Source: Octopus vulgaris (lineage: Eukaryota). From it: DNA of 64,000 bases. Below are positions 27,519 to 40,984 of the stretch, piece by piece; position 1 is the first letter of the stretch; the number at the start of each line of letters is the position of its first letter. The translations under genes were made by a program, and so were the position numbers. The stretch covers positions 97,588,001-97,652,000 of the forward strand of contig OX597818.1 of assembly GCA_951406725.2 (NCBI GenBank), written 5' to 3'. The notes beneath the pieces were generated by a model. It made no database searches. It saw only the letters and a program-made list of their open reading frames with translations, and was not told the origin of the DNA.

Positions 27519-28613
27519 TGGCTTATTAGATAAAGAACAGCAGTAGAAACTCAAATTATAATCAAAGAAACTGTACATGTTGTAATACTTAATGATAGCC
27601 CAACCAGTAAGAGTAATGCAAGTTTTAACCCAGTAAGGCTGCTATAAGAGAAAAAAACTGAATTTAAATATATTGTTACCTAGGAGATTGGGTTTAAAGA
27701 CTCTTTGTTTAAAAATTTTGTTTACAGATAAAGATTCTAATTTCAAATCCAGCTCTGGTAAAATATACATATTTGGGAATGAGACAGCTAAGAATGCTTG
27801 GAATGGAACTGATAAAAATATTTTGCAAAATGAAAAAGTAAGAGATAGTCTGGTGAAACAAATTATTGTGACAATTTATCGTAAAAGTTTATACATACGA
27901 CAATGAAAATAACGATAATGATGATGGTAATGATGATGATGATGGTGATGATGATAAAGATGAGTATGAAGAGAAGGACAGTAGTTTAATATAAGGCACA
28001 GTGGTCAGACTACACCACACATCACAAAGTTCTGTTGTCCTTAAATCTCAGGTAAACTTGTAAACCTTGACAGTTCAGACACATGATAAAAGGTATCCAC
28101 ACCTTATCCATCTTGTAATAGTCCCAAAGCAAGATAATCCTGAGTAAGTGTTCTTCCTTTTTAAGATGATATTTAGTGTCTGACATGAGGACAATGTGGC
28201 TACTACTTCTAGCATCCATATCCCCTTTCATACTAATTCTGTAGACCCCCATCTTCCACTTGTTACTTTGGCTTGCAATTATTGTTGTTGTTGTCGGATA
28301 GCCCTGGTCAATTCTGTTTGAGTAAATATAAATACGGAACTATCTGGCCAAACAAAGAATTAGATTTACATTTCTAATTATAGCTGTCTTGTTTTAATTG
28401 TAAGCTATGTATTCCTAAGATTTAGAAGTTAAAAAAAAACAACAAAACAAAACTAAAACATATGGTCCCTATGTTTGCTGAGATGAACTCGAACAGATCA
28501 AACAACAATGTTGAAATTTTCTTTGGCAAGTATTGTGAGAACAAATGTCAGAGATGGAAAATGTTTGTGACAGACATTGAAATTTTACAGAAATGCTTCA
28601 GGTATTGTTATTG

Positions 28614-28860
28614 CTAAGAAAATGTGGTTGGTACAAATGCAGGTGAAATATTTTCCTGCAGTAAAAGATCATTTAATGCACTACTGACGAAGTCCATTTT
28701 CTGTTTAAGCTCATTCGAGCAAATGTCCATTTTCTTCACAACATCCAGTTCTTTGAGAAAGGAAGAGTCCAGAGGAATAGTTTCTCTCCCACATGGTTCT
28801 TTCTTCACATCACCTGAGATAAGATTCAACAATTTCTCATGCAGTTCAGACCGATAATAT
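28614..28860 (-). CDS. ANKS3: ANKS3 terminal coding exon 12
   Basis: ttgttgtAG acceptor with phase matching exon 11. Encodes YYRSELHEKLL...PTTFS, then TAG at 28614-28616. Confidence 0.8.
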
Positions 28861-30241
28861 CTACAACAAAACAAATAAAGATCATTTTAGTGAAATAATA
28901 AATCTTTAAGTGATTAGAGTTACATATTATGTTATACACAACACCACTTGTATAACTGTGATGTTCATTTACAATCATCACTTAATGACAAAAAAAAAGG
29001 GTAGACACACACAACAGGCTTCTTTTAGTTTTCATAAACAAAATCAGTTCAGAAGAGCTATAACACAAAATACTTGCCCAAAGTGCTGCACAGTGGAACT
29101 GATCCTGAAATCAAATGGTTGGGAGGCAAGCTTTTTAACCACACACACATCTGTCTGTCTCTCTCTCTCTCTCTATGTGTATATACTTTTATTTGTTTCA
29201 GTCATTTGACTGTGACCATGCTGGAGCACCGCCTTTAGTTGAACAAATCGACCCCAGGACTTGTTCTTTGTAAGTCTGGTACTTATTCTATTGGTCTCTT
29301 TTGCCGAACTGCTAAGTTATGGGGATGTAAACACACCAACATTGATTGTCAAGTGATGGTGGCGGGGAGACAAACATAATATACACACACACACAAATAC
29401 ATACATATAAAAGGGTAAAAACGAGTAAAGACCTTCTTCAGTCATGAATGACTAAGAAATTGCACCTAGAAATTTCCCCTCTGAGGCACAAGTCCAGGCA
29501 AGGTGGTTTATGGAAGACCAATAGTCACTCATGCATACAAGCCTCCCTTCTGTATGCTACCAATGTTATCCAAGGGAAAAGTAAAGGCCAATACAGCTTG
29601 GCACCCATCATGTTGCAAGTCAACTGGAGTGAATTGGAGCAATGTAAAGTGTCTGTCTCAAAAACACAACACACATCCTGGTCCCAGAATCGAACTCACT
29701 ACCTTATGATTGTGAGCTCGAAACTGAACCATGTGCTTTCAAACACACACATACACTCGCACACACATATGTGTTCACGTGAAAAGCACCTGTGCTGCTG
29801 CCACAAAAAAACTCCCAGTACACTCTGTAAAGTAGTTGCTATTAGGAAGGGTATCCTGCCATAGATACCTATTTCTTTATTAGGCACAAGGGGCTAAACA
29901 CAGAGGAGACAAACAAGGACAGACAAATGGATTAAGTCGGTTATATCGACCCCAGTGCATAACTGGTACTTATTTAATCGAGCCCGAAAGGATGAAAGGC
30001 AAAGTCGACCTCGGCGGAATTTGAACGCAGAACGTAACGGCAGACGAAATATGGCTACGCATTTTGCCCGGCGTGCTAACGTTTCTGCCAGCTCGCCGCC
30101 TTAATACCATAGATACCATATAAAACCAGACAACAGGGCCTGGTGCAGCTCTCTGGTTAGCCAGCTCCTGTTAAACTGTCCAACCCATGTCAGCATGGAA
30201 AATGAACATTAAATGATGATGATGATGATGAATTTCATTAC

Positions 30242-30414
30242 CTGAGTTGTTCAAATGCTTCTTGTAATTGTTGAGACTGACGGCATATTTCCTCCATTCG
30301 ACATCTCTCACGCTGACGAAGAGCTCGTTCTTCCATAAAGCAGCCCTCAGTCACAGAACGTAACTTCTGCTCCTGAAGTATTTCAGCTTCGAGTAGTTTT
30401 ACCTGAGAATTTGC
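30242..30414 (-). CDS. ANKS3: ANKS3 coding exon 11 (coiled coil)
   Basis: Encodes ANSQVKLLEAEILQEQKLRSVTEGCFMEERA..., similar to ANKS3 'QEQELRAVVESCLLE'. gtcAG/GTAAT boundaries, 173 nt. Confidence 0.9.
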
Positions 30415-31415
30415 CTGACAAAAGAAAAATCAAAAAAAAATTAATGGCCACTGCGAGGTTATGCATAATTTTAAGTCAATGTCTTTATTACTTAATAACC
30501 AATGTTTGGAGAACAATGAGAAAGTTTGGTTGTTTAAATTATCCCACAAAAGTGAAGCATAGGCATGGCTTTGTGGTTATGAAGCTTACTTCCCAATTAT
30601 GTGATCTTGGGTTCAATCTCACTGTCTGACACCTGGGGCTGGTGTCTTCTACTATAGCATCGGGCCGGCCAAAGTCTTGTAAGTGGATATGGTAGACAGA
30701 AATTGAAAGGTGGCAAGCTGGCAGAAACGTTAACAAGTTGGGCAAAATGCTTAGCAGTATTTCTTCTGCTGTTATGTTCTGAGTTATGTTCTGTTATGTT
30801 CATCCTTTTGGGGTCGACAAATTAAGTATCAGTTATGCACTGGGTCAATGTAATCGACTTAATCCCTTTGTCTGTCCTTGTTTGTCCCCTCTATGTTTAG
30901 CCCCTTGTGGGCAATAAAGAAATAAGAAATATAAACTTCCTTGGAAATAGATAATAGATGATGACATGAAGAGCATCTGATGAGAGAAAATCTGCTTCAG
31001 CGAACTCTGTCCAAGCCATACAAGCATGAAAGAGTGGAGGTGTGGAGGTTAAAATGATGATGATATTTAATATTTGTTTTTATGTGAAGTTTTATATAAA
31101 TACAATCTACAAAGAAGCTTACACAGTACTTTTTATTAGAGTACACACTAATTTTTACAAGGAAAAGTTGACAGTGACTTTGAAGTTTTAGCTTGCTCAC
31201 AGTCATCAGACTGTCTGAGGACAGTGAGAAATCCAAAACGTCAAAGTCACTGTCAATCTTTTCCAATTAAAAATTAGGCTGTGTGGTAAGAAGCTTACTT
31301 CCCAATCACATGGTTTCAGGTTCAGTCCCACTGTGTGGGACTATGGGTAAGTGTCTTCTACTATATCATTGAGCTGTGAGTGGATTTGGTAGACAGAAAC
31401 TGAAAGAAGCTTGTC

Positions 31416-31464
<49 letters not shown>

Positions 31465-31799
31465 TGTGTGTGTTTCTGTGTCCCCCCCACCACCATCGCT
31501 TGACAACTGATACTGGTGTGTTAACATCCCCATAACTTAGCGGTTCGGCAAAACAGACTGATAGAATAAGTACCAGGATTACAAAGAATAAGTCCTGGGG
31601 TTGATTTCTTCGACTAAAACCCTTCAAGGTGGTGCTCCAGCACGGCCACAGTTAAATGACAGCAACATGTAAAAGAATAAAAGAATATCCCTTGAGCATT
31701 TAGATTATTTTGTAAAAAGTAATGCTTATTTATTCAAATTGGTTTGAATTAATCATGCATTATCTCCCTTCTCTAGATTTCAATGACATCAGTATACTT

Positions 31800-33089
31800 T
31801 TAGAAAGACATTGCATAACTGCAGTGAGAAGCTGAATTAAAATGGAATGTCAAGTTAAGAAAAACGAGCATTTTTGACACCTTCTTTTTGCTTTTAATCA
31901 AGGTTCTAAGGCTGCAAAGTTAAGAAAAACGAGCATTTTTGACACTTCTTTTTGCTTTTAATCAAGGTTCTAAGGTTGCAAAGTTAAGAAAAACGAGCAT
32001 TTTTGACACCTCCTTTTTGTTTTTAATCAAGGTTCTAAGGCCGCAAAAGCTGCTCATTACATTTGTTCTGTGTATGGACAGGGTGCCATAGCTGAAAGAA
32101 CCGCTCGTGATTGGTATGCCAAGTTCAAAAATGGAAATTTTGACCTCAAAGACGCAACTTGGTCTGGTCATCCAGTTGGGTTCGATGAAGAGTGATCAAA
32201 CCAACTTATGCATAAAATTTCTCATCAAATGACAAGGGAACTGGCTGAGAAAATGGAATGCTCCCACACTGCTATAGAGAAGCGTCTTCACTCAATGGGA
32301 AAGGTTCAGAAGTATGGAGTATGGGTTCCGCATGCTTTAGATGACAACAACAAAATTCAATGAGCCACAATCTCTACTGGTTTGCTTGCTTGTTACCACT
32401 CAACTCATGGACACAAGCAACGATTTCTTTACTGAATCACTACAGGTGATGAAAAATGGTGCCTGTACATCTATATGAAGCAGTGTAAGGAATGGCTTAG
32501 CCCCGGTAAACAAGCGACACAGCTCGTGAAACAAGATCTTCATCCACGTAAAACGATGTTGTACGTGTGGTGGGACTGGGAAGGGATTATCCATTACGAA
32601 TTGCTTGAATGTAACCAAATATTCACTGCGGAACTCTATGTTCAGCAGATGGAATGACTCAACACGGCTATTCAAGAGAAAAGACCTAATCAGCAGCATG
32701 GAGTTCTTCTGCTGCACAACAACACCCATCCTCATATCGCCAATATGTCCAACGAAGCCATCCAAACACATGGCTGGGAAATGCTGCCACACCCGCTGTA
32801 CTCCCCGATTTGGAACCAACAGATTTCCACCTCTTTTGATCTCTTTCAAATGCTATGTGTGGAGTTTCATCCAATACTGATGCAGAATTGAGAGCTTGGT
32901 TGGATCAATTTTTCAAGTCGAAATCGGGTGATTTCTACCAATGGGGTATTGAAAATCTTGTTGAATGTTGGGAAGAAGTTGTAAACAACAAGGGTGAATA
33001 CATTATTGATTAATTAGTTGTTATTTTTTATTAAAACTTAAAAAATTTAAATTTTAAAAAATGGCGGGAACTTAGTTGCCAACCCAATA
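31800..33089 (+). mobile_element. Mariner (DD34D-type) transposase pseudogene with right TIR
   Basis: WVPHAL, ITTGDEKWCLY, KTMLYVWWDWEGIIHYELL and YSP.L.P.DFHLF motifs, with stops and frameshifts. Ends ...gaacttagttgccaacccaaTA. Confidence 0.9.
31852..32046. repeat. Tandem triplication of about 65 bp inside the mariner ORF 5' end
   Basis: aagttaagaaaaacgagcatttttgacac...aatcaaggttctaagg..gca occurs three times. Confidence 0.9.
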
Positions 33090-33399
33090 CTTCAATTACT
33101 GCTTCCCATTTGCTTGGCAGATGGTCAGACAGTCATTTAAAGATGTTTTTGTTGAATTAAATTTGTTGAAAAAAGCTGCAATAATTATGCACCAACCCAA
33201 TGTATATATATATATATATATATAGGTTATAAGAGGTCATGGTGTCATTGAGACCCAAAGGTGTCAGGTAATGCTGAATAAGTGCTATAGGCAGACCATA
33301 GTTAAGTTTCAGGTTTGGTAATTTTGCAAATAAGGGATTCAACATTGATCATATGCCAGCGTATGTATATAAGAATTTTTTGTGTAATGAGATAAAAAA

Positions 33400-33650
33400 A
33401 AGCCAAGGCTGTGTAGATATTAGAACATTTAGAGATATAAGGTCTTACAGCTGTTTCCAGGATATTTATTTATTATATCCCTTCGTTGGAAACGGTGTGA
33501 GAGGATGGTTAAGTAATACTTAATTTAGATAGGATACAAAATAGAGAGTGTGGTGGAGGAAAGAAAATAGATGTGAAATATGTAGGGATATTGAAGTTCT
33601 AGATCCATTTTTAGGCAGAATGGTATATATGTAAGATTCCAATACCTTAT
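33400..33650 (-). mobile_element. Degenerate PLE-type terminal repeat fragment
   Basis: Minus strand reads ccaacgaa-GGGATAT..ATATCC-tGGAAA-CAGCTG-TA-AGAC: a palindromic stem III with a decayed CUGANGA box. Confidence 0.45.
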
Positions 33651-33750
33651 GACTAAAATCCAACATTTCAAATTCTGTTGGATTCTATCTTCAACAGTTG
33701 TCTCCCTTATAAAAAAAGAGAAAAGGAAAAGAGATTGGTCTGTTTCTTAC

Positions 33751-33892
33751 TTGATGAAGTTGAATAGCCATTTCCTGCATTTCTGCTTCAAGACGATCTG
33801 CATAAGCACGTTCCAACTCATCACAGGGTGTTCGCACATTACTATGCCAACGAGCAATGGCACTCGCCATCTTCCTCCGAGGACCGAACAAC
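33751..33892 (-). CDS. ANKS3: ANKS3 coding exon 10 (end of SAM, start of coiled coil)
   Basis: Encodes LFGPRRKMASAIARWHS...LERAYADRLEAEMQEMAIQLHQ, a hallmark ANKS3 sequence. AG/GTAAG boundaries, 142 nt. Confidence 0.95.
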
Positions 33893-34746
33893 CTTTATAT
33901 GACAAAGAAGTAAAAAATTGAATAATAAAGACAATCCGAAAAATAGTTACAAGAGTGCATGAGTGCATATGTGTGAAAATGTAGAAGCAGTAGAGTGCCA
34001 CACTAAATTCTTGGCAGTATGGATGCATTCATACACATGCACACACATATACACAAATACACACACATAATATATTTCTTTATTGCCCACAAGGGGCTAA
34101 ACATAGAGGAGACAAACAAGGACAGATAAAGGGATTAAGTCGATTACATCGACCCCAGTGCGTAACTGGTACTTTATTTATTGACCCCGAAAATATGAAA
34201 GGCAAAGTCGACCTCGGCAGAATTTGAACTCAGAACATAACAGCAGATGAAATACCTATTTCTTTACTACCTACAAGCGGCTAAACACAGAGAAGACAAA
34301 CAAGGACAAAGGGATTAAGTTGATCATATCGACCCCAGTGCGTAACTGGTACTTATTTAATCGACCCCGAAAGGATGATAGGCAAAGTTGACCTCGGCGG
34401 AATTTGAACTCAGAACGTAACGGCAGACGAAATACTGCTAAGCATTTTGCCCGGTGTGCTAACGTTTCTGCCAGCTCACCGCCTTCACACACACAGTGTA
34501 TATAGGTATGTATGTGCATATCTTTGTGTTTGACCCCAATTGCTGAATAACTGGCATTGGTTTGTTTATGTCCCTGTAATGTAGCAATCTAGCAACAAAA
34601 GACTAATAGAATAAGTGCCAGGTATTGGAGAAATAAAAGAACAGAGGCTGATTTGATAGACTTTTAGGTGGTGCTCCAGCATGACCACAGCCCAATGACA
34701 GAAACAAGTAAAAGAATAAAAGTATGCATGAAGGGAGGATACTTAC

Positions 34747-35914
34747 TTAATGCCAATTTCTTTAAGGTCGTTGTCTGTGAGGGAAAGAAAAACTTGCAGG
34801 TCAACATCTTGTTCTTCAAATACAGGTAAATATTTTAAGAGTCCAAGCTGTTGCAAAAGTTCAACAAGGGTTTGAGGTTTATCTGAAGGTATATCAGATG
34901 GGGTCACTGAAATAGGTAGATTGGGTGAATCTACAGGGTTTACATTTCTAGTCTGTAGAGTGGCAGGGGGACAATTTGGATTATTTTGCATGTCATCTGT
35001 AAAGAGACTGTCATTATTGTTGTTGTTGCTACTGTGAGATGGCAGCCATTGTTGTGAAAACGAATCTAATTTATCACCAAAATATAATTCCCTCACTACA
35101 TTACTTTCACTCACAGCAGGAAAGTTTGTTGGTGGAGCAACCCCACCTAAGTTGGCAGATAAAAAGTGTAGATGGTTTTGATCAAGTTTATCAGAGGGAA
35201 AATCTGATTCATTTTGTGATGGCGATCTGTGCATAAGAAATTGACCTGCTGTATTATTATCATGTTGAATCACAGGGAAATTTGCATATTGTCCAGCAAG
35301 GTTTGATGTTCTAGTGTATGGATCAACTATTAAATCCGAGGGACAAATTGATAGAGGAGAACCGATACAAGAATCCAGATTCTGTGACATTTGTTCCTTG
35401 CCAGGAAAGGATTTCATTTCATTGTGTTCAGGCTGATGTGGAGTAAAATGTCTTTTGGCGCTGTCACTTTGGATTTTATATTGAGTATCCAAATAAAACA
35501 GATTCCTATCATGATTTGAGTTAAGAACTGAATCACCAGATATTGTACCCCAAGTCAAACGGCAAGGATCAGAAGAATAACCTCGGTTTAGCTGGTTGTT
35601 TGAAGAACTTATCTCTAGATGTGCAAGACCAAGTGCATCATCTCTAGGTACCTTCAACATCTCTTTTGGAATCACAGAGGGCTGAGATAGGGTTTGATGG
35701 GCTCGTTCTTTTGAGAGCTTACCAGATACATACTCATGTTTTGGCAAAAGACTCTTGGGAAATGATGAACTTACAATATCATCACTGTCTGAGCTATTAC
35801 TATGACTAAGTTGCAAAGCTGCAGCAAGACCACCACTGGAGCCTGAACTACTTTTGATAGTCAAAGCCCCAGTCTGAGAAAACACTGTACTTTCATCTTC
35901 ATTATCACAAGAAT
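34747..35914 (-). CDS. ANKS3: ANKS3 coding exon 9 (long Ser-rich linker and most of the SAM domain)
   Basis: 1168-nt open frame ending [43 protein letters not shown] (SAM). tttcAG/GTAAG boundaries, phase 1 to 2. Confidence 0.93.
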
Positions 35915-37099
35915 CTGAAACAAGAAACAAAGACATGATTTCAGTATCATATTAACAAGAGAGACTGTTTAACTGTTTAACATTCCTGTAATGATGTTAA
36001 TTATCCTCCAAAACATAGAACTGGTATTTTCTGTGAGTCACATTGTCTCATAGTAAATAAGAAAGATAATATCTAGCGTTATACATTGATACAGAACATA
36101 GCTGTGGGGTAAAACCACTTTCCATAATTACTGGTAATATAAATTTAAAGGGTAAATGTATTAAAATCATTAGACAATTATGAGTTATAGAGGGCCCAAA
36201 ATCCCTAATGAAATTTCTAACTATATTTTAGATGACTCATTTATCATTAAAAATTAAATAAAGATGTCTTTTAAGTAAGTCCTGAAGAATTTTTTGCTAT
36301 TGATATTCACCTGAATTTTCATAACAAAATGAAGGTAATAAAAAGATTTTTCTCTTTAATAGGATGTTGGCTTAGCTCAAATGAAATTGGAACCAGATGG
36401 TCTGGTACCCCTTACTAACAGCAAGGTGGATTTGGATGATGCAGAATTAAGTGTTATGTCTAAAACATGTAATGAAATCTGCAATAGTTTTTAAACTTTC
36501 TGTTGGCTGTCAATACCTTATAAACTTGTCTTTGAGATATGAAGTTGAAGAATTAATATATTGATTCTTCTGTATCCTCCACAATATAACACTTTGTTGT
36601 GCACCAGGCTCCATCGTCTTCTTTGGCATAGTTTCTATGCCCTTCTTAATACCAATCACTTTACAAAATGTACTTGGTGCATTTCATGTGGTACCAGGAG
36701 CAGTGAGGTCACCAAACAAACAAGACCCTTCAGCTGAAGGATGAGTGGTATTAATGGAGCTGAGTTTGTGCCAGGTGATGAGAGGTCAGAGTATGAATAG
36801 AGGGACAGAAATAGGTGTCTTGCAGTAAAGGGGATACCTGCTTACTCCAGCTGGACAGAGAAAAGAAAGAAGGAGAGGAAGAGAGAGAGACAGGAGGAGA
36901 GAGAGAAAGAGGAGAGCAAGAAGATGATGTGACAAGGAGGTACATTCAAAATACAGGGAGGTGTGTACATTCAAAATACAAGGAGGTGTGTATAAGGGCT
37001 GGAGAGGGTGAATTGATGGGTGGGTTAGTTTGTGAGATTGAGTATAGTAGTGGAAATCAGCTGTCTAGCGGATGTTAACATGAAGCTAAAGAAAATAGC

Positions 37100-37330
37100 T
37101 GCACTGAAATATTGAGAAATCTACAGTTACTCTACTCAGATTACAAGTTCAGGTTTATACTTGGAGTTATTGGGGTACTGGGATATGTAACGCACAGCCT
37201 AGGTACTAATTTTGAGAAATTAGGCTTCTCAAAAACAAGAAAGGAGAAAGCTGATTCAGAGACTACATAACAAAGCCGTCACTGGAATTGTAGAAATTTG
37301 TAAGACTTTCCAGAAGTTTACCATTTAAGT
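37100..37330 (+). mobile_element. R4/Dong-like (RLE-type) non-LTR ORF C-terminal fragment
   Basis: Reads EILRNLQLLYSDYKFRFILGVIGVLGYVTHSL...EKLGFS, resembling the 'PIVIGALG' region of RLE-type elements. Frameshifted. Confidence 0.55.
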
Positions 37331-37599
37331 ATATATGCGCATGTTTAAACATGCATGTGAGGGGTATTTGGAGGATATGTTCTGGGGAAGAAATTTGAAA
37401 GGAACACATTGATGATGATATGATGATAAGATAATAATGATGATGAAGACAATGACATTTTCCCATGACATACTATATTGTATCTTTGCACTTACATCCT
37501 CTAGTGCATACAAGCATGAATACCAACAAAAACGACTACAAAATTTGAAGGTTTTTAGCCCAATCAAAGTACCTTGGATCACAGGACGGCCTGTGGTGC

Positions 37600-38021
37600 T
37601 TGCCTTGGATCGTGGGGCAACCTGCTGTGCTTGAGGAGACCTATTTATTGAGTTAAGTACATCAACATCAAAATAAAAATCAAGTGGAATTGTAGTTGTG
37701 ATTCCCGTACCAGTGGCACGAAAAAAGCACCATCTGAACGTGGCCGATGCCAGTGCTGCCTTGGCTGGCTTCCGTGCCGGTGTCATGTAAAAAGCACCAA
37801 CCAATCATGGCCATTGCCAGCACCCTCTGGCCCCAGTGCCGGTGGCATGTAAAAAGCACCCACTACACTCACAGAGTGGTTGGCGTTAGGAAGGGCATCC
37901 AGCTGTAGAAACACTGTCAGATCGGACTGGAGCCTGGTGCAGCCTCCTGGCTTTCCAGACCCTAGTCAAACCGTTCAACCCATTCTAGCATGGAAAACGG
38001 ACGTTAAATGATGATGATGAT
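37600..38021 (+). mobile_element. SINE body with internal tandem units and an (ATG)n tail. Related copies at about 25980-26485 and 29775-30230
   Basis: Repeated gccggtggcatgtaaaaagcacc units, then ggttggcgttaggaagggcatccagctgtagaaac and ...agcatggaaaacggacgttaaatgatgatga. Confidence 0.75.
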
Positions 38022-38072
38022 TAACCACTATAAGATGACAACAAGAAGAAGAATGACACCGAAATAAATTAC

Positions 38073-38201
38073 CTTTTCCTCCAGAACTATCTAGATTATG
38101 GTCTTGTGGGTTGATAGGTGAAGTGACATCTCTGTATCGCAAATAGGTTTCTTCTTCATTGCTTCTAGGAAAGGTTACATAACCTTCTGGAACAGAAGTG
38201 G
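38073..38201 (-). CDS. ANKS3: ANKS3 coding exon 8
   Basis: Encodes VPEGYVTF...YRDVTSPINPQDHNLDSSGGK, containing the ANKS3 'GYVTF' and 'RDVTSPIN' motifs. tttccAG/GTAAT boundaries, 129 nt. Confidence 0.92.
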
Positions 38202-39176
38202 CTGGAAAGATCAACAAGAAATACAAATTAACACTTACAATTTTACCATTTCTTTCTTTCTTTGTCTGTCTCTCTCTCTCTATCTCTTTCTTCTTTTTTC
38301 TTCCTTCCTTCCTTCATGGTTGTGTGGTTAATAAGCTTGCTTCAGAACCATGTGATTAGGGGTTTGGTCCCACAACATGAATATTGTTCACTAACATCCT
38401 ACATTACACTACAGCTTGACCAATACCTTCTGAATGGAACTGGTTCATCAAGACGGAAGAAGCCTGTTGTGTGTTATATATATATATATATATATACAAA
38501 TTGAAATAGGGGTTGTAAATGCAACCCTCCATGGGATAACATATATCCAATATACTGCTAGTGAAGTACCCAACAAAGTTAATACATAAATGTTAATGAT
38601 TGTGATGCAATCAATTCATTTACTGTATTATATGGGCAAAGGTAAAATGATTTACCACAAATTACTAATACAAGATAAGAAAATGGAGAAATACATCTAA
38701 ATCAAATATCAATTACCAGATAATACTCAATCACATACTTTATTAAACCACCACATAAGAGACCCAACCCTACAGTCTCTTACGTAGTGGTTTGATAAAG
38801 TATGTGATTGAGTATTATCTGGTAATTGATATTTGATTTAGATGTATTTCTCCATTTTCTTATCTTGTATATATATATATATATGTGGTAATTTATTGAA
38901 GCTGAAAAGACTTCACAAAATGTTACTTAGATCATCAGACATTCATGAATATTTAGACCAATACACACACACACATACACACAAACACACATGCCTTAGT
39001 GAAGGCGGAGGTACTGTTTTCAATTGTGTTTGTTTGTTTGTCTGTCCGTGAACAAGATATCTCAAGAACCACATAGTGGGATTAAGAAGTGTATTTCACA
39101 CTCATGTGGTACTGAGTTTGATATCATAACATGATACCAAAGTCAGTAGTAATATATAATAAATGTAAGAACTTAC

Positions 39177-39305
39177 TTGGGAAGGTTGGCACTTCACATT
39201 TCTTTATTTGGTCAGGCAGTCGACCATAATTCTGTACATCACACTTCCTTGACTGCTCAATGATGCGTGCAAAAGCATCAGGCCCATCTCGTATATTAGG
39301 GGAAG
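39177..39305 (-). CDS. ANKS3: ANKS3 coding exon 7
   Basis: Encodes SPNIRDGPDAFARIIEQ..., resembling the ANKS3 'PSIHEGPRALARI' motif. cttcAG/GTAAG boundaries, 129 nt, phase 1 to 1. Confidence 0.88.
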
Positions 39306-40693
39306 CTGAAGTAGTATAAAATAAAATACAAACACTCTGTTAGAACAAAAACATGATTAAAAATCTTTGTCAAATCAAATAGTTAACAAGAAAATACAAA
39401 ATAAAATTTTTTTAATATATTAAGATTTAATGAAGTAAAAAATCATTATTATGATTATTATTGTTATTTGTGTCTATTATAGAAAAGGTTCTTTTATTTT
39501 CTTATTATTATCATGAGGGTAGTGAGTGGGCAGAATTGTTAGTCGGCTGCACAAAATGCTTAGTGGCATTTTGCCTGTCTTTACACTCTGAGTTCAAATC
39601 TCACTGAAGGCGGACTTTGGTTTTCATCCTTTTGGTGTTACTGAATTAGTATCAGTTGAGTAACTGGGGTCAATGTAATCAACTAGCCCCCTCCCACAAA
39701 ATTTCAGGCCTTGTGCCTATAATAGAAAGGATCATCATCATCATCATCATCATTATTATTATGATTATTATTATTATTATTTTATAAATCAACACTTATT
39801 ATCATTAGCACTGTTAAATCATCAAAGACCAAGCCTCTTGTTTTGTTTTGTTTTTTTTTATAATTTTTGTTTCACCATTTAGCAAGGAGGGAAGTCAGTG
39901 CCCCATGGATCATTACAGGACCTCCAAAAATAATTGGATAGAGGAAGGCAGTTTACTCTAGAACTGAAAGTTTGACCTGAATACTTGCAACATTGTGGAC
40001 TCTGCTAACAGCATTCAAGGTGCCAGGTGGTGTGTTAAATTGGATGATGGATTAAACCTTTCATTACCTTATTTTCTTTGAAATACAATGTCCTCATTTT
40101 AATTAATTTCAGAAATATATAAGAATTTAGTAAAAGAACTGTCATTATTAAGATGGTGAATGCTACATAATTTAACATGAAATTTTCATGGGAGATCTTA
40201 ATTTAGATCACTTTTTATAAATTACATATCCAATATAGGTAGAATCAATAAAATGAGTACTCCATCCTGTGAGATAAATATCAATTTAATACACAACCAA
40301 AAGAGCTACAAATAGTTTCATGCTTTTATGATACTATATATTAAATGTGGAGGCACAATGGTCCAGTGGTTAGGGCAGCGGACTCGTGGTCGTAGGATCG
40401 CAGTTTCGATTCCCAGACTGAGCATTGTGAGTATTTATTGAGCAAAAACACCTAAAGCTCCATGAGGCTTTGGTGGCGCCATTTGAAGGCTAAAACAATG
40501 CGAAGCGCATTGTGACCAGCGATGTGTAGCAACATCTGATAGCCTGGTCAGTCACGGTGATCACAGTGATATATTAAATGTCAGAATATGAGGATTGCAT
40601 TGCAAGTGAGAGGTATCAAGCATTTCAATGAGTAAACTTCATTAGGAATCTAAATTCTAGTAGAAAGAAACTACATGAAAAGATAACACAAAC

Positions 40694-40774
40694 CTCTTGA
40701 TTCCTTGGTACGTACGCCCCAATTGATAGGATGTCGAGGAAGTTGTGGTGCTGCTAGAAGTCGGGCAGGGTCTT
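40694..40774 (-). CDS. ANKS3: ANKS3 coding exon 6 (linker, probable)
   Basis: Encodes EDPARLLAAPQLPRHPINWGVRTKESR. tttccAG/GTTTG boundaries, 81 nt, symmetric phase 1. No recognisable motif, and it could be skipped without shifting the frame. Confidence 0.65.
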
Positions 40775-40984
40775 CTGGAAAGCAATTACAGTGATGTATT
40801 AATAATATTTTATAACTAGTGTACCCATGCCATCAGAAATGGTGGCATAAAAATGATACAGATAATAAAATTAAAATAAAAACATTACAACCTCTATCTC
40901 AGTAACTGCTTCAACACCATATTTCTAGTGTAAACCCTATCAGCAATGTGTTCACCTTGTTTCAGATGATCCATTTCAGTATTT

